Shown here piece after piece: positions 1 to 12,500 of a DNA stretch of 64,000 nt. Location of the stretch: contig NIVC01000169.1 in assembly GCA_002269645.1 (NCBI GenBank), positions 519,568 through 583,567 of the forward strand. Direction: 5' to 3'. Position 1 is the first letter of the stretch. Every line of letters begins with the position of its first letter. The DNA comes from Macrostomum lignano (lineage: Eukaryota). Below the pieces are notes generated by a model, which was given only the letters and a program-made list of their open reading frames with translations, searched no databases and had not been told where the DNA came from. Both the position numbers and the translations under genes were made by a program.

Positions 1-500
1 ATTCGATTATCTATCTCACTCTGATTGGATAGAGTCAAGCTAATCTCTGATTGGCTAGAATCAAGATTCTCTCTGATTGGCTAGGATCCAGCTAGTCTCT
101 GATTGGCTAAAAACATGCTCCTCCATGATTGGCTCGAATCAAGCTACACTCTGACTGGCTGGAATCAAGCTACTATCTAATTGGCTATATAATAAAGCTA
201 CTCTTTGATTCGCTAGAATCAAGCTAAAATCTGATTGGCTAGAATCAAGATACTCCCTGATTGACTTTGATCTAGCTAATCTATGATAATCTATGATAAT
301 CTATAATCTAAGCTATACTATGCCATACTAATCGCTACCAGGATTTAAATTAATAAATTTTGTCCCTTTCTTATCGGCCGCCCCGAAGGGGGGCACTAGA
401 TTGCTAGTGATTGCCTAAAAACATGCTTCTCCCTGATAGGCTAGAAACATGCTCCTCTCTGATTGGCTAGTTCAGCTAGATTCAGCTAGTCTCTGACTGG
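1..500. repeat. Degenerate about 22-nt minisatellite CTCTGATTGGCTAGAATCAAG (kinesin intron 11)
   Basis: Direct reading; interrupted around 280-400. Confidence 0.8.
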
Positions 501-532
501 CTAGGACCAAAACCTAAGAAAGATTTACTCAC

Positions 533-3500
533 CGAACACAATCCGATCCTTGTGAGTGAGCTCCATCGGGCCAGTCAACGGCAGGCCATTCACAAGAGTC
601 TTGGCACCCTGGATTGCCGGTCGAATTTCAAATTCCGTGTCAGTTAGTCGGGCAATCACGGCATGTCGCTTTGAGATTGACAGGCCCATCAGGCGAATCT
701 GCGGCTGCAATTCCTCCTCCGATCGGCCAATCAAAATCTCGGCCGACTCCAGAAAATGAACCACCACCCCTGACAGCATTGGATCCTCGTTCAGGTTCAG
801 CAGGTGCGGAATTTGCGACTTTTTGTCTGCCGCTTCGCTGACCGGGGCGAGATCGGCTCGAGCTTCGGCGAGCTTTGAAGTTTTTGTTTGTTAGAGTTGG
901 CACGGAATCGAATTCGGATTTCTGAACTGAGACAGGGAATCTTCTCATTGGTTGAGACAGGGAATCTTCTGATTGGCTAAGACAGGAACAACTCTCATTG
1001 GCTGAGACAGTGGATCCTTCTGATTGGTTGAGACCACAGATACTAAAATAACTAGATGGGCCACTCAGGCATATATACACTCGTACTTATTAAAACAGAT
1101 TTCTATTTTTAGTTCTGTAGCAAAGAAGAATATATAGACTATTTTATAAAGATACAGGCAGCTAAAATGACTTTGGTAAGTTTAGAAGCCGAAGCTTGCA
1201 GGCGCAAATAACTTGCTAATTGGTCAGTAATAATGTACGTTAGACAGTCCACTGAAATGTACATGGCAGCTTTAGGCTGGAATTCTGAGAAAGGCAATAA
1301 AAATTGGGGCTGGGCCGGGGTAGTGTGGAAAGGCGCAGTTGGAGGGTTCAAGCTGGGGGGGTAATAGCACAGACCAATAAGTATAACTAGACTGCGCATC
1401 CAGCATTGCTTGCGTGGGCTCGTTTTTTGACAAAATGACAAAGCAAAAAATGGTCCTCTCTACCCCAGCCCAAAACGATCGATATTTTTGGCTTGGGGAA
1501 GACTGGCCCTTCTTCAGCTGTCTGCACTGCCCTTTTTTAAATTAACATGTATATTAATGCGGCTTGGGGACCACAATAGCAATGCTATACTAACCTAAAA
1601 CAGCTAAGCAAAGTTATTAAAAAATTAATAATTTCTCAAAACGAAATGGAAGAACAACCTGAATCTTCTAAATTGCCGAGGAAAAGAAAAGGAAATTACG
1701 GCAGCTTTTGCTGCGCTGCTGGCTGCTCGAACAACTCAGCAATGTCTTTGGCGGGAGTGTCCTTTCATACTTTTCCAAAGGACAAGGAAATAAGGAAAAA
1801 GTGGCTGATAGCGCTGAGAAGAAAAGATTTTGAGCCATCGCCATCCACGCAAGTCTGCTCAATGCATTTTGAGGAATCTTGCTTCAAAGAGCAATTTGCA
1901 GGCTTTCTGCCTAGCGTCAAAAGACGGCTTTATCCAAATGCCGTTCCTTCCATCTTCCCGGCGTTCCCTGACCATCTGCAGCCGAAAGCTGAGAAGAAAC
2001 GGAAGACTGCCACCGCGGCCGCAGCTGGCGAAGTTGATTTCGCTGCATTTTGTAAATCAACAGAGAGCAGCGAGCCGGAAGCTCCAGTGGCTGCCAAGGA
2101 AGATGAAGATCCTGGACCGGACATCCATGTTAACTGCGTGCCCAGAGAAGAATTCGACAAGAAGGTGAGAGCACTTAAAAATCTTCGGCGCAGATACAGA
2201 AGGCTTCTATCTACTCATAGCCGGTTCAAGAAAAGTGCAAAGGCTGTTGAAATCTTAAGGCGGTCGCTCCAGAGCAAGTACCGCAAAATTCGATCACTGC
2301 GCTCAAAGCATAGGCAAATTAAACAAAGAGCCAAGACCCTGAAAGATGTGATTCGAGAGTTAAGGGCCAAATGTAGTTTGAATGAAGCTGCTGCATCTCG
2401 GCTGAATTTCTTGACCTCCGATTCACTGCTTAGCAGCATTTTGCCAAGCAAGATTACCAAGAGGACAAGAATATTCTCCCACGAAGTGCGGAAATTCGCC
2501 TCCACATTGCACTTTTACAGCCCGAAGGCCTATGCGTATGTGAGACAGTACTTTCAGCTTCCGCATCCAGCTTCGCTTAGAAGATGGCTCTCGAATGCGA
2601 AATGCCTTCCAGGATTTTGTGACCAAGCCTTTCAGAACTTTCTCGGCGACGCAGCTCCAATGATGACCGATCCTTCGACTACTGCAACGTTGTAGCTGAT
2701 GAAATGTCACTGGAAGCGATGGTTGAGTGGAATTCAAATGAAGGCAGTTTCTTTGGCTATGTTGACAAAGGCGATGGCAAGTCAACTGATCAGGAGGCAA
2801 CTTCAGCATTGGTAGTGATGGCAGTGGGTCTCAAGAGCTATTGGAAGCTACCTTTAGGATATTTTCTAGTGAGCGGAGTTGATGGCGAATTTCTTTCAAG
2901 TGTCGTAGAGGAATCAATCCAGCGGCTCTACCAGGTTGGCGTTATTGCCTCATCATTTACATGCGATGGGACTCAGCACAATATTCGAGCGATCGAGCTT
3001 CTTGGTGCCAGAATAAGCTCTCCCAATGAGATAGTTTCCTCTTTCCCACACCCCTGCGATCCCGGCATTCAGGTTTCAGCCTTCTTGGATGTGCCGCACA
3101 TGTTGAAGCTGATTCGAAACCAGTGGCAGTCCCTGGGAACATTTGTTTGGCCGGACAGAGGAAATATTGATTGGAAATATGTGTGCATGTTGCAGCAAGT
3201 ACAGGAGAGCCATGGACTCAGACTGGGCAATAAGCTGAGCAGGAATCACATTAACTTTGCTAATTTAAAGATGAAAGTTTATTTGGCCTCACAACTTTTT
3301 AGTAAGTCGGTGGCTGACTCATTACGATGGGTGCACAAGCAAGGCTTGGCCGGATTTGATCATTCCGATGTATTAGTGACAGCAGATTTTATTGAGCACA
3401 TCAATGATCTGTTCGATGCGTTCAACTCGAAGCGACTGGTAAATTATGGGGCTAAAATGGCTCTAAGAGCTGACAACCAGTCTGACTGGATCGACTTCTT

Positions 3501-6500
3501 CACTGACTCGATCCAGCTTCTCAAGAGCTTAGAAACTCCAGCTAGATGCAAAATCGTTGACACTGCAAAGAAGACAGGATTTTTAGGCTTCATCACCAAT
3601 TGCCATGCCGTTATTGCGCTTGCCAAGTATTTATTTTCAACTGGCGAATTCTTCTTTCTTTGCACTTACAAGCTGTCTCAGGACTTTCTAGAACTATTCT
3701 TTAATGCAGTCAGGCTTCGAAATGGCTGGAACCACAACCCGACACCAAAGCAGTTTCGCTCGGCATTTAGGCAGCTGCTGGTGCATGCCGGAGGTGGGAT
3801 TCTCCAGTCTGTCAGCCCGAATGTGAAGCAGCAGGATGCCACCATTCAACTGTCCTTGTCATGCCTACCATCATCAGCTGAATCAGCACAGAAGCAGTGG
3901 AAGATGAAAGTTCAGAATGATATGGGACTGAGTCTTGAATCCATCCAGCACTGCATGAATGCATCTAATTGTGAGATTTGCCAGTCTATTGTGTACTATA
4001 TTGCCGGAGCAGTTGTGCGAAGCATGTTGAAAGTTGTCGAATGTGCTACGTGCAGGTCAGCTCTGACTGCCAGCTCCGAGACGCCACCAGCTTTTCGTGC
4101 CCCTTGCTCACTTGTTGCCTTGAAGAATGTTTTGAACAAGGAAGGAACTGGCGGCTTGATTTTTCCCAGCAGCGATGTCTTCCGTGTGCTGCTCAGTGCT
4201 GAGTCTGTTATTCGACGTGCCAGCTATAACAGCCAATTCTCCAGTGACGTAGCAGTTCACGAGACTTTGCGCATGTCGAGCAATCTGTTCCCTGAGCTTG
4301 ACTCGCATTCGGCATCCGCAAGCAGCGGCATTGAGTCGCACAAGCTCCATTTAATTCGAGTCATGGCCGGGCTCTTCATAAAGATCAGAATGAAAAAACT
4401 AGCTAAAGAACTTTCTCGCGCAGGAAGAAGACCAGGAAGGAGGCAGAGACTACTTCGAGCAGCGATATTTCTTAATCTATAGTATATTCGAAACCAGGTG
4501 AGCTATTTATTTACTTTTATTACTGCTTCTAGCTCGTATGCTATCAGCAACAACAAAAAGGTCTCATTTTGTCTGCAAGCGTTTTGTACGGTTTTTTAGT
4601 TTTTAATAAATCGAAAAATAATACTGGATTTAAACTGTTAAATTGCTAGTTGCACATAAAGTTGGTTAAATGGTTAGCAATCCGTGTTCCATGGCAAAAG
4701 GCAACAATTAATACAGCGGGCCCAATGACAGAGGGGTAGGAAGGGAAAGGAAGCCAAAAATATCGATCGTGAGGGGGTGGGAGCTGGAGTGCCATTTTTC
4801 CTACTTGGAAAGAGGCACACATTTCTTGCCCCACACGCGCAGTCTAGTTATACTTATTGGTCTGTGGGTAATAGTCAATAAATGAGCCTTGGCTTTAAAA
4901 ATCAAAATGCTTCTGTTTAACTTACTACTGAACTGAAAGTAGCTTGCACGCAAATGTGCTGAGTGAGTGACCCATCTAGTTATTCTGTGGTTGAGACAGG
5001 GAACTTTCTGATTGGTTGAGACAGGATTCCTCTGATTGACTGAGACAGGAATTTCTCACATTAGCTGAGACAGGGAATCTTTCTGATTTTCTGAAGCAAT
5101 ATTTTCTTTCATGAGAAAATCAGTGCCTGACCAACCTTGGCCTCCCAATTGTCAGAGCTGCTCTGCTGCATTAGCTCACTGTTGGACATCAGCTGGGCCC
5201 GAATTTCCTCTTCAAGTTCTTTGCGCATTTTTTCCACGTCTGAAAGAAAGAGTTGAGAGTAAATTAAAAACAAAGGCCTGGCATGCAGCCGCAAAGGGTA
5301 CTCATGAAATTGAGCATAGACCTTCTTTGGACATGCCGGTCTGCTGCTGTTGCTGCGGGAATCCTGCGCTACTCAGATCTCCAGAATCCAGCACCTTCTT
5401 TAAACGTTCGTTCTCCATCTGGTTTTTGGAGTTGGCAGAATGTTTTCTTTTTAGTAAATTGAATATTCTCTTACATAGTAGCTTAGAGTGACCGTGCCGG
5501 ACAGACTTCAAGTCACACTATATAAATAGCACTGAGTGACCCCAAAGTTTCAGCCTCTCTACAAACCTAACACTAATCCTCTCTCTCAACCCTCTATCTC
5601 CACCCCCTCTCTCTCTTTCTCTCTTTCAAACTTTCTCTCTCAATCTCCTTTCTCTCAACCCTCTAATGTAACTCCCAACCCTCTATGGGTATTTTGTTGT
5701 ACTTTTTATTTGCAACTCAGTTTGTCATAAATTACCATAGACTAATTTCCTTTTACAGTTCTTTCTCGCAGTTAAGTTTCTCGCCCCAAGCCTTCTCGTC
5801 CTTAACTCATAAAATATATTGCAATTCAAATCTAAGTTAAGTTGTAGTTTCACTACAAATTGGTCCGGTGAGGCGGCGAAAGATATTACTCGCATACTCA
5901 ACACTCACAGAAGACAAATCCAATGACGGACAGTGCAAGCAACAATTCCGCTCCGACACCACCTACAACCACGCAAGCCGCACCAAGTTCGGCCGCACCA
6001 GTGGTTACACATGCAGTAGGAAACGCCGCCGACACCGCTTCAGTCTCCCTGGCCCACCTGAAGCTGCCAATCTTCTATCGCAACAACCCGGAAGCATGGT
6101 TCCTCACGCTGGAGGCCCAGTTTATGCTCAACAGGGTGACCAACGAGACCGCCAAATTTTACCACCTAGTCTCTCATCTACCGGAGGATATCGCGGCTCT
6201 GCACTTGTCCGCTCAGACTCCAAAACAGTACGAACAACTGAAAACAGCGATTACATCGACTCTGCAAAAGTCCAAGCAGCAGAAGGTTTCGGAAGTATTG
6301 CAAGTCTCGGACCTCGGAGGAGACAAGCCATCAATCTTCATGCGCAAACTCCGGAGCAAGATGGAGCAGTGCCAGATACAGCCCGACGAGGAACTCCTCA
6401 AGGCCACTCTGATGCGCTGTCTTCCACAGGACCTTCGTATCGCACTGTCGGGATTCCAACAGCAGTCATCCCAGCAAATTTCCGAGATTGCTGACTCGAT

Positions 6501-9500
6501 GTTGGTCGTCAGAGGCCTTAGCTCTCCATCGCCAGCGACAGTTTGCCCAATTCAGCAGGCCGGTGCAGATCGGACACCCCAACAGCGCTTTGAGCAAGCT
6601 CCACACCGACAAGCATCTTCTGGTAACCGGCGAGACCCTATTTTTTCTCAACCCTCTTTCCCAACCCTCTCTCTCAACCCTCTCTCTCTCAATTCTCACC
6701 TGCAGTTCGCGCAGCAGCTTATCCATGGGATTCTCATTCACTACGGCTTGATTTTTAATTTTCTTTGCCCGATCAGCGTAGCGCAGAGTGCTCAGCGTCT
6801 CGTCGTAGTTGATGTCGGCCGGGGACAGGGCGGCGATCATCACCGTTTTGCTGGAGTTGAAATTGCTCAATCGAGTTTTTCAAGCTCTTTGGATGCTACT
6901 GGCAGTAGGAGAAGTGGCTTATCTATACTGAGAAGTTGCTGGGTCAAAAAGGCTATTAAATACTGACACCCAATTAAAAACATGAATATTCGCAGGAGGG
7001 TTGCGGTGCACGTACGGCGACATTGTCCCACAGCCAGCGCTGACGGCAATTCTGCCTTTTCCACTGACTCCTGAGCACATGCGATCGCGCCAATACTGTA
7101 CGCAGGCACAGCACTCATGCACACGCTCACACAGGGTGTACATCGGCCCTGACTGTCTAATCGTCAGGCATGTACACTGTGCCTTGGGGGTTTAGCGATC
7201 ATGGGTGTGAATCGCACAACAACCCCGGTGGCTAATTTTCGCGTGCACACAAGCCCCAGCAAATGAATGCGGCCGCGAATCGAACCAAGGGTTTACCGCT
7301 GCCCGGCGCTGCCCTACACCGACACCTCCACGAGTTCAAACACAAATTAGCCACCCGATTCGGCACTCAATAGCACCAAACATGAGCGCCACAGAATTAC
7401 ATTCTTACATCCTCAGTATTACATCCTGACAATATTACATCCTTATAAAACTGGATCCCATCCAAATTTACCTGTTGCCGCCAAGAGCATTCTGCAGCAG
7501 CTTAGTTAGAACGGAGTCCCTATAGGGCACCATCACTTTCTTCTTGCCAGTGGACAGGTCAGCCAGAGCGGAGATCACGTTGCCCAGTGCTGACAGGGAC
7601 TTGTTGATGTTGGCGCCTTCTTTGAGTCTGTCGCCAGTAGCTCCTGTGCTGTCCGCCCTTTCAGAACCTGGCGTAGGAATGCATTGTGGGTAAGTTATTG
7701 TGTAAATACGGTATTGCGAGACAGTTATTGCGAGACAGGTATTGCGAGACAGGTATTCGGAGGCAGGTATTCGGAGACAGGTATTGCGAGACAGGTATTC
7801 CGAGACAGGTATACGGAGACAGGTATTCGGAGACAGGTATTCGGAGACAGGTATTCGGAGACAGGTATTCGGAGACAGGTATTCGGAGAAAGTTATTGCG
7901 AGACAGGTATTCGGAGACAGGTATTCAGAGACAGGTATTCCGAGAAAGGTATTGCGAGACAGGTATTCGGAGGCAGGTATTCGGAGACAGGTATTCCGAG
8001 ACAGGTATTCGGAGACAGGTATTCGGAGACAGGTATTCAGAGACAGGTATTCCGAGACAGGTATTCCGAGACAGGTATTGCGAGAAAGGTATTCGGAGGC
8101 AGGTATTCGGAGACAGGTATTCCGAGACAGGTATTCGGAGACAGGTATTCGGAGACAGGTATTCAGAGACAGGTATTCCGAGACAGGTATTCCGAGACAG
8201 GTATTTTCGAGACAGGTATTCGAGACAGGTATTGGGAGACAGGTATTCGATAAGCATTAATAATCTTCCGAGCTCACCTGCCAAGTCCACCAGATTCATA
8301 ACGCTACTCTTCTTCGTCTCTTTGCCGCCGCCGCCAGCAATCTGATCGAAGACAATCGTGACTACTGTGTGCGCCCTGGAACTCGTAGCGTTCATATTAG
8401 TAGCCGCCACTGTCCGACTGGCCGTGCCCTGCTCCATGCGCTGCTCGATCTCCCTGTAGCTGCCCACTGGCACCCGCTTCAGGCCGTGCACGTAGAAGCC
8501 CTGGCTGGGGTGCTGCCGAATCGGTAGGCCGGACTTTGCCGAGGCGTCGCCAAGAAGATCGCGGACGTTCTCGTTGTAGATCTCCAGCATTGAGAAGGTC
8601 ACCTCGTAGCGCTGCGTGGTGGGAGATGGGTGTCGGGAAACTGATGTGGGGACACGGGTGTCAGGAAACGGGGGTATGGGGACTCTGGTGTGGGACACGG
8701 GTGTGGGGACAGGTGGTGTGGGGACTCGGGTGTGGGGACACAAGTGTGGGGACACTTGGGGTGTGGGGACTGTTATGCCTTATGATCCGTTAATGCAGCC
8801 AATACGTATGTGCTTAAACTGTGTCTATGTCCAAACTTTGTTAATCCTTCGAGTTGTAAGCGAGTATATCAATACCATCTTTCAGTGTGTATGCCTTCTT
8901 TCAGTTCCAAAATACAAGCGCTCGATTTGGCTTGGCCGCAAGCACGACCATGCCCCTAAACTCTCATTGACTGACAACTAAATAACATTGTGCTCCACAT
9001 AATTAGCCATCATGACAGGGACATGACACGGGTGTGGGGAAATATGTGTGGGGACACAGGTGTGGGGACAGGTGTGGGGACACAGGTGTGGGGACACGGG
9101 GTGAAGACACGGGTGTGGGGACATGACACGGGTGTGGGGACACAAGTGTGGGGACACTTGGGGTGTGGGGACATGACACGGGTGTGGGGAAATATGTGTG
9201 GGGACACAGGTGTGGGGACACAGGTGTGGGGACACGGGGTGAAGACTCGGGTGTGGGGACACAGGGTGTAGGGACTCGGATTTGGGGACACAAGTGGGGG
9301 ACACGGGGTGTGGGGACTCGGGTGTGGGGACATGACACGGGTGTGGGGACTCGGGTGTGGGGACATGACACGGGTGTGGGGACACAAGTGTGGGGAAACA
9401 TGTGAGGGGACACGGGTGTGGGGACACGGGTATAGGGACACAAGTGAAGGTACCGAGAGCAAGCAAGCTGTCGGAGAACAGGTGACCCTGATTCTTGATA

Positions 9501-12500
9501 CCCGGGAATTCCAGAATTTAAATGAAAGAGGTGAGCAAGCTTGGCGAAGGACAGGAGCTAAACTTTTTCACTTCTTAAGCAGCATGGCATCCACTGGCTA
9601 ATGAGATAGGGGTTGGAGCGCCCACCGAGAGACAGTGGCGCCCACCAAGGATATTGGGGCGCCACAACACCAAGTATTGCGCGCAACCAAGAGACACGCT
9701 TGACGGCTGTGCTTTTTTGCTTCACTTTGTTGCATAAGAGAGTCTTCAAGCCGCTTGTCCCTCTAAGAAGTCAGCACCGACGAAGATGTATCAGCGTACT
9801 GTTTAGCAGACTTGAGTCTCGTTCTCTATCGGAATGAACCAGACAAATCGCTCCACCAACTAAGAACGGCCATGCATCAGCGCCCCTGAAGTAAACCTTA
9901 TAAATCCGTACTAAGGTTCAAGTCAGCCGCCATCCCATTGTTCCACTTCCCTGAGCAAGCGTAAAAGCAAAATTATTTTAACGATTTGTTCGATTAACAA
10001 TAGAATTTACGACTTATATACTGAATACAGTACTGGTAGCAGTCCTGCTTTTTCATAAGTTCTCGATGGTTCTGAAATCCGAAATAGAGTTCTGCAATGT
10101 TTCAGCCATGCGGGAAAGCGATTGGCAAATAGAGTGTCACGGCTGCACTTAGGCCCCTAGCAACAAGCAATTGCCTCAATCACGTAGGCATGCGACTTGG
10201 GCTGGCAATGTTTGCCTCGCCATCTCAGGCATCCCTGGGCTCTCCAAGTTCAGTTTCCAGCAAGTGCAGAGCTCCAGATGCCACAAGCTTTATCGTCCCG
10301 AAAGCAGCAGAGCCTGCAACACTTGGAGTTGAGGCTGGGGCTGCACTGTACTAAAATGAACGGAAGAAGAAAGCAGGAAGCCACGTATTGCTGCTTCTGC
10401 AAGCTTAGAAGGAGAGAACGACTAGGAGAGAGAAGCCAACAAGAGGCCCGCAGCTTTCAAGCTTTCCCCCTGGTCGATACGAAGCAGCCTTCAGGTTGGG
10501 GCTGCGTGGTGGTTGAGGGGGGGGGGTTCAGCTGCATCCACCTCAATTGAAACCATCGTGTCTGCATGCATTGTAGCTGCAGGCGACTAGCTGTGTCAAA
10601 TAGTTCGCTCTGAGTTATATATAAGGAAGTATTAAGTTTCTGTTGTCATGACAACAGGGTTGAGAAAAACTGCATGGCAATTGTGAGAGTCTGCGGAGAG
10701 AGAGAAGAGAGAAAAAAGCAGATATGCAATATTCTCCCAATATACGAGCTAGTTCCCTCCCTCCCCAACCCAACCAGATGCACTCCCGAATCCCTGAAAC
10801 CAGCTGTTTGAATAAGCGCGGAGCAGATGTGAAAATTCCTTTTATAAACAGAAAACCTGCCTCCCGCCTCTATCCCCGTTTTTTGTTCACGTCAAAATGG
10901 CATAACTGCAATGGCAGCAGTTTGCGACTCAATTTGATGCCGGATTTGAGAATTCTTCCGTTGCCATGACAACGGATTTCTTGCTCAGCTACGCGCGCAG
11001 GCATGCATACAAAAATGAGGAAAATGTTGAACTAAAGCAAACATGCATAAATTTGTATGAATTAAATCAGACGGAATTTTCAGCCAATAACCCGGGATCA
11101 TTATAATATAACTGTTTTAGCTGTCACCTGTGCGGAATTGCTGGAATTCTCCGCGATCGTCTTGAATAGCTCGTCGCACGTGATTGGCACAATACCTCTG
11201 GAGTGTTGGCGTTTGGGAAGGGGGAGTGAAGGTGCAATTAGTGTTTCATGATATTTATGGCGTTTTTGTGACCGCACTGTGCAGATCACACAGTAGTATC
11301 TACCCATATTAGCTCAGAATTTCACTCTATTAGATGCAATGTATCAGCTTAACCTAAAATCTATTAGCTACCCTCTATTAGCTACCCTCTATTGGCTACC
11401 CTCTATTAGCTACCCTCTATTAGCTACCCTCTATTAGCTACCCTCTATTAGCTACCCTCTATTAGCTACCCTCTATTAGCTACCCTCTATTAGCTACCCT
11501 CTATTAGCTACCCTCTATTAGCTACCCTCTATTAGCTACCCTCTATTAGCTACCCTCTAATAGCTACCCTCCATTAGCTACCCTCTATTAGCTACCCTCT
11601 ATTGGCTACCCTCTATTAGATGCAATGTATTAGCTAAACCTAAAATCTATTAGCTACCCTCTATTAGCTACCCTCTATTGGCTACCCTCTATTAGATGCA
11701 ATGTATTAGCTAAACCTAAAATCTATTAGCTACCCTCTATTAGCTACCCTCTATTAGCTACCCTCTATTAGCTACCCTCTATTAGCTACCCTCTATTAGC
11801 TACCCTCTATTAGCTACCCTCTATTAGCTACCCTCTATTAGCTACCCTCTATTAGCTACCCTCTATTAGCTACCCTCTATTAGCTACCCTCTATTAGCTA
11901 CCCTCTATTAGCTACCCTCTATTAGCTACCCTCTATTAGCTACCCTCTATTAGCTACCCTCTATTAGCTACCCTCTATTAGCTACCCTCTATTAGCTACC
12001 CTCTATTAGATGCAATGTATTAGCTAAACCTAAAATCTATTAGCTACCCTCTATTAGCTACCCTCTATTGGCTACCCTCTATTAGATGCAATGTATTAGC
12101 TAAACCTAAAATCTATTAGCTACCCTCTATTAGCTACCCTCTATTAGCTACCCTCTATTAGCTACCCTCTATTAGCTACCCTCTATTAGCTACCCTCTAT
12201 TAGCTACCCTCTATTAGCTACCCTCTATTAGCTACCCTCTATTAGCTACCCTCTATTAGCTACCCTCTATTAGCTACCCTCTATTAGCTACCCTCTATTA
12301 GCTACCCTCTATTAGCTACCCTCTAATAGCTACCCTCCATTAGCTACCCTCTATTAGCTACCCTCCATTAGCTACCCTCTAATAGCTTACCCTAAAATCT
12401 ATTAGCTATTCTCCATTAGCCAACCTATTAGACACCCCCATTAGACACCCCCATTAGCCAACCCCATATTCACATAGCAACATGAATAAACCTGTTGCTG

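Larger units (their letters stand above)
1368..4866 (+). mobile_element. P-superfamily (THAP9-like) DNA transposon, full length 3499 bp
   Basis: Perfect 30-bp TIR CACAGACCAATAAGTATAACTAGACTGCGC (1368-1397; reverse complement 4837-4866). Identical 8-bp TSD GGTAATAG (1360-1367, 4867-4874). Encodes THAP + P-type transposase. Confidence 0.95.
1035..4989. mobile_element. Non-autonomous P-superfamily DNA transposon (448 bp once the nested element is removed: 1035-1367 + 4875-4989)
   Basis: Ends CACAG...CTGTG. 8-bp TSD GTTGAGAC at 1027-1034 and 4990-4997. Imperfect TIR CACAG[ATACTAA]AATAACTAGATGGGCCACTC versus GAGTGACCCATCTAGTTATTCTGTG. Inserted into a 25-nt minisatellite in kinesin intron 10. Confidence 0.8.

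Noticed and set aside
2619-2635. Intron joining transposase ORF1 and ORF2
   Set aside because: Only 17 nt between GT and AG, and removing it would delete the conserved-looking F..AF segment.
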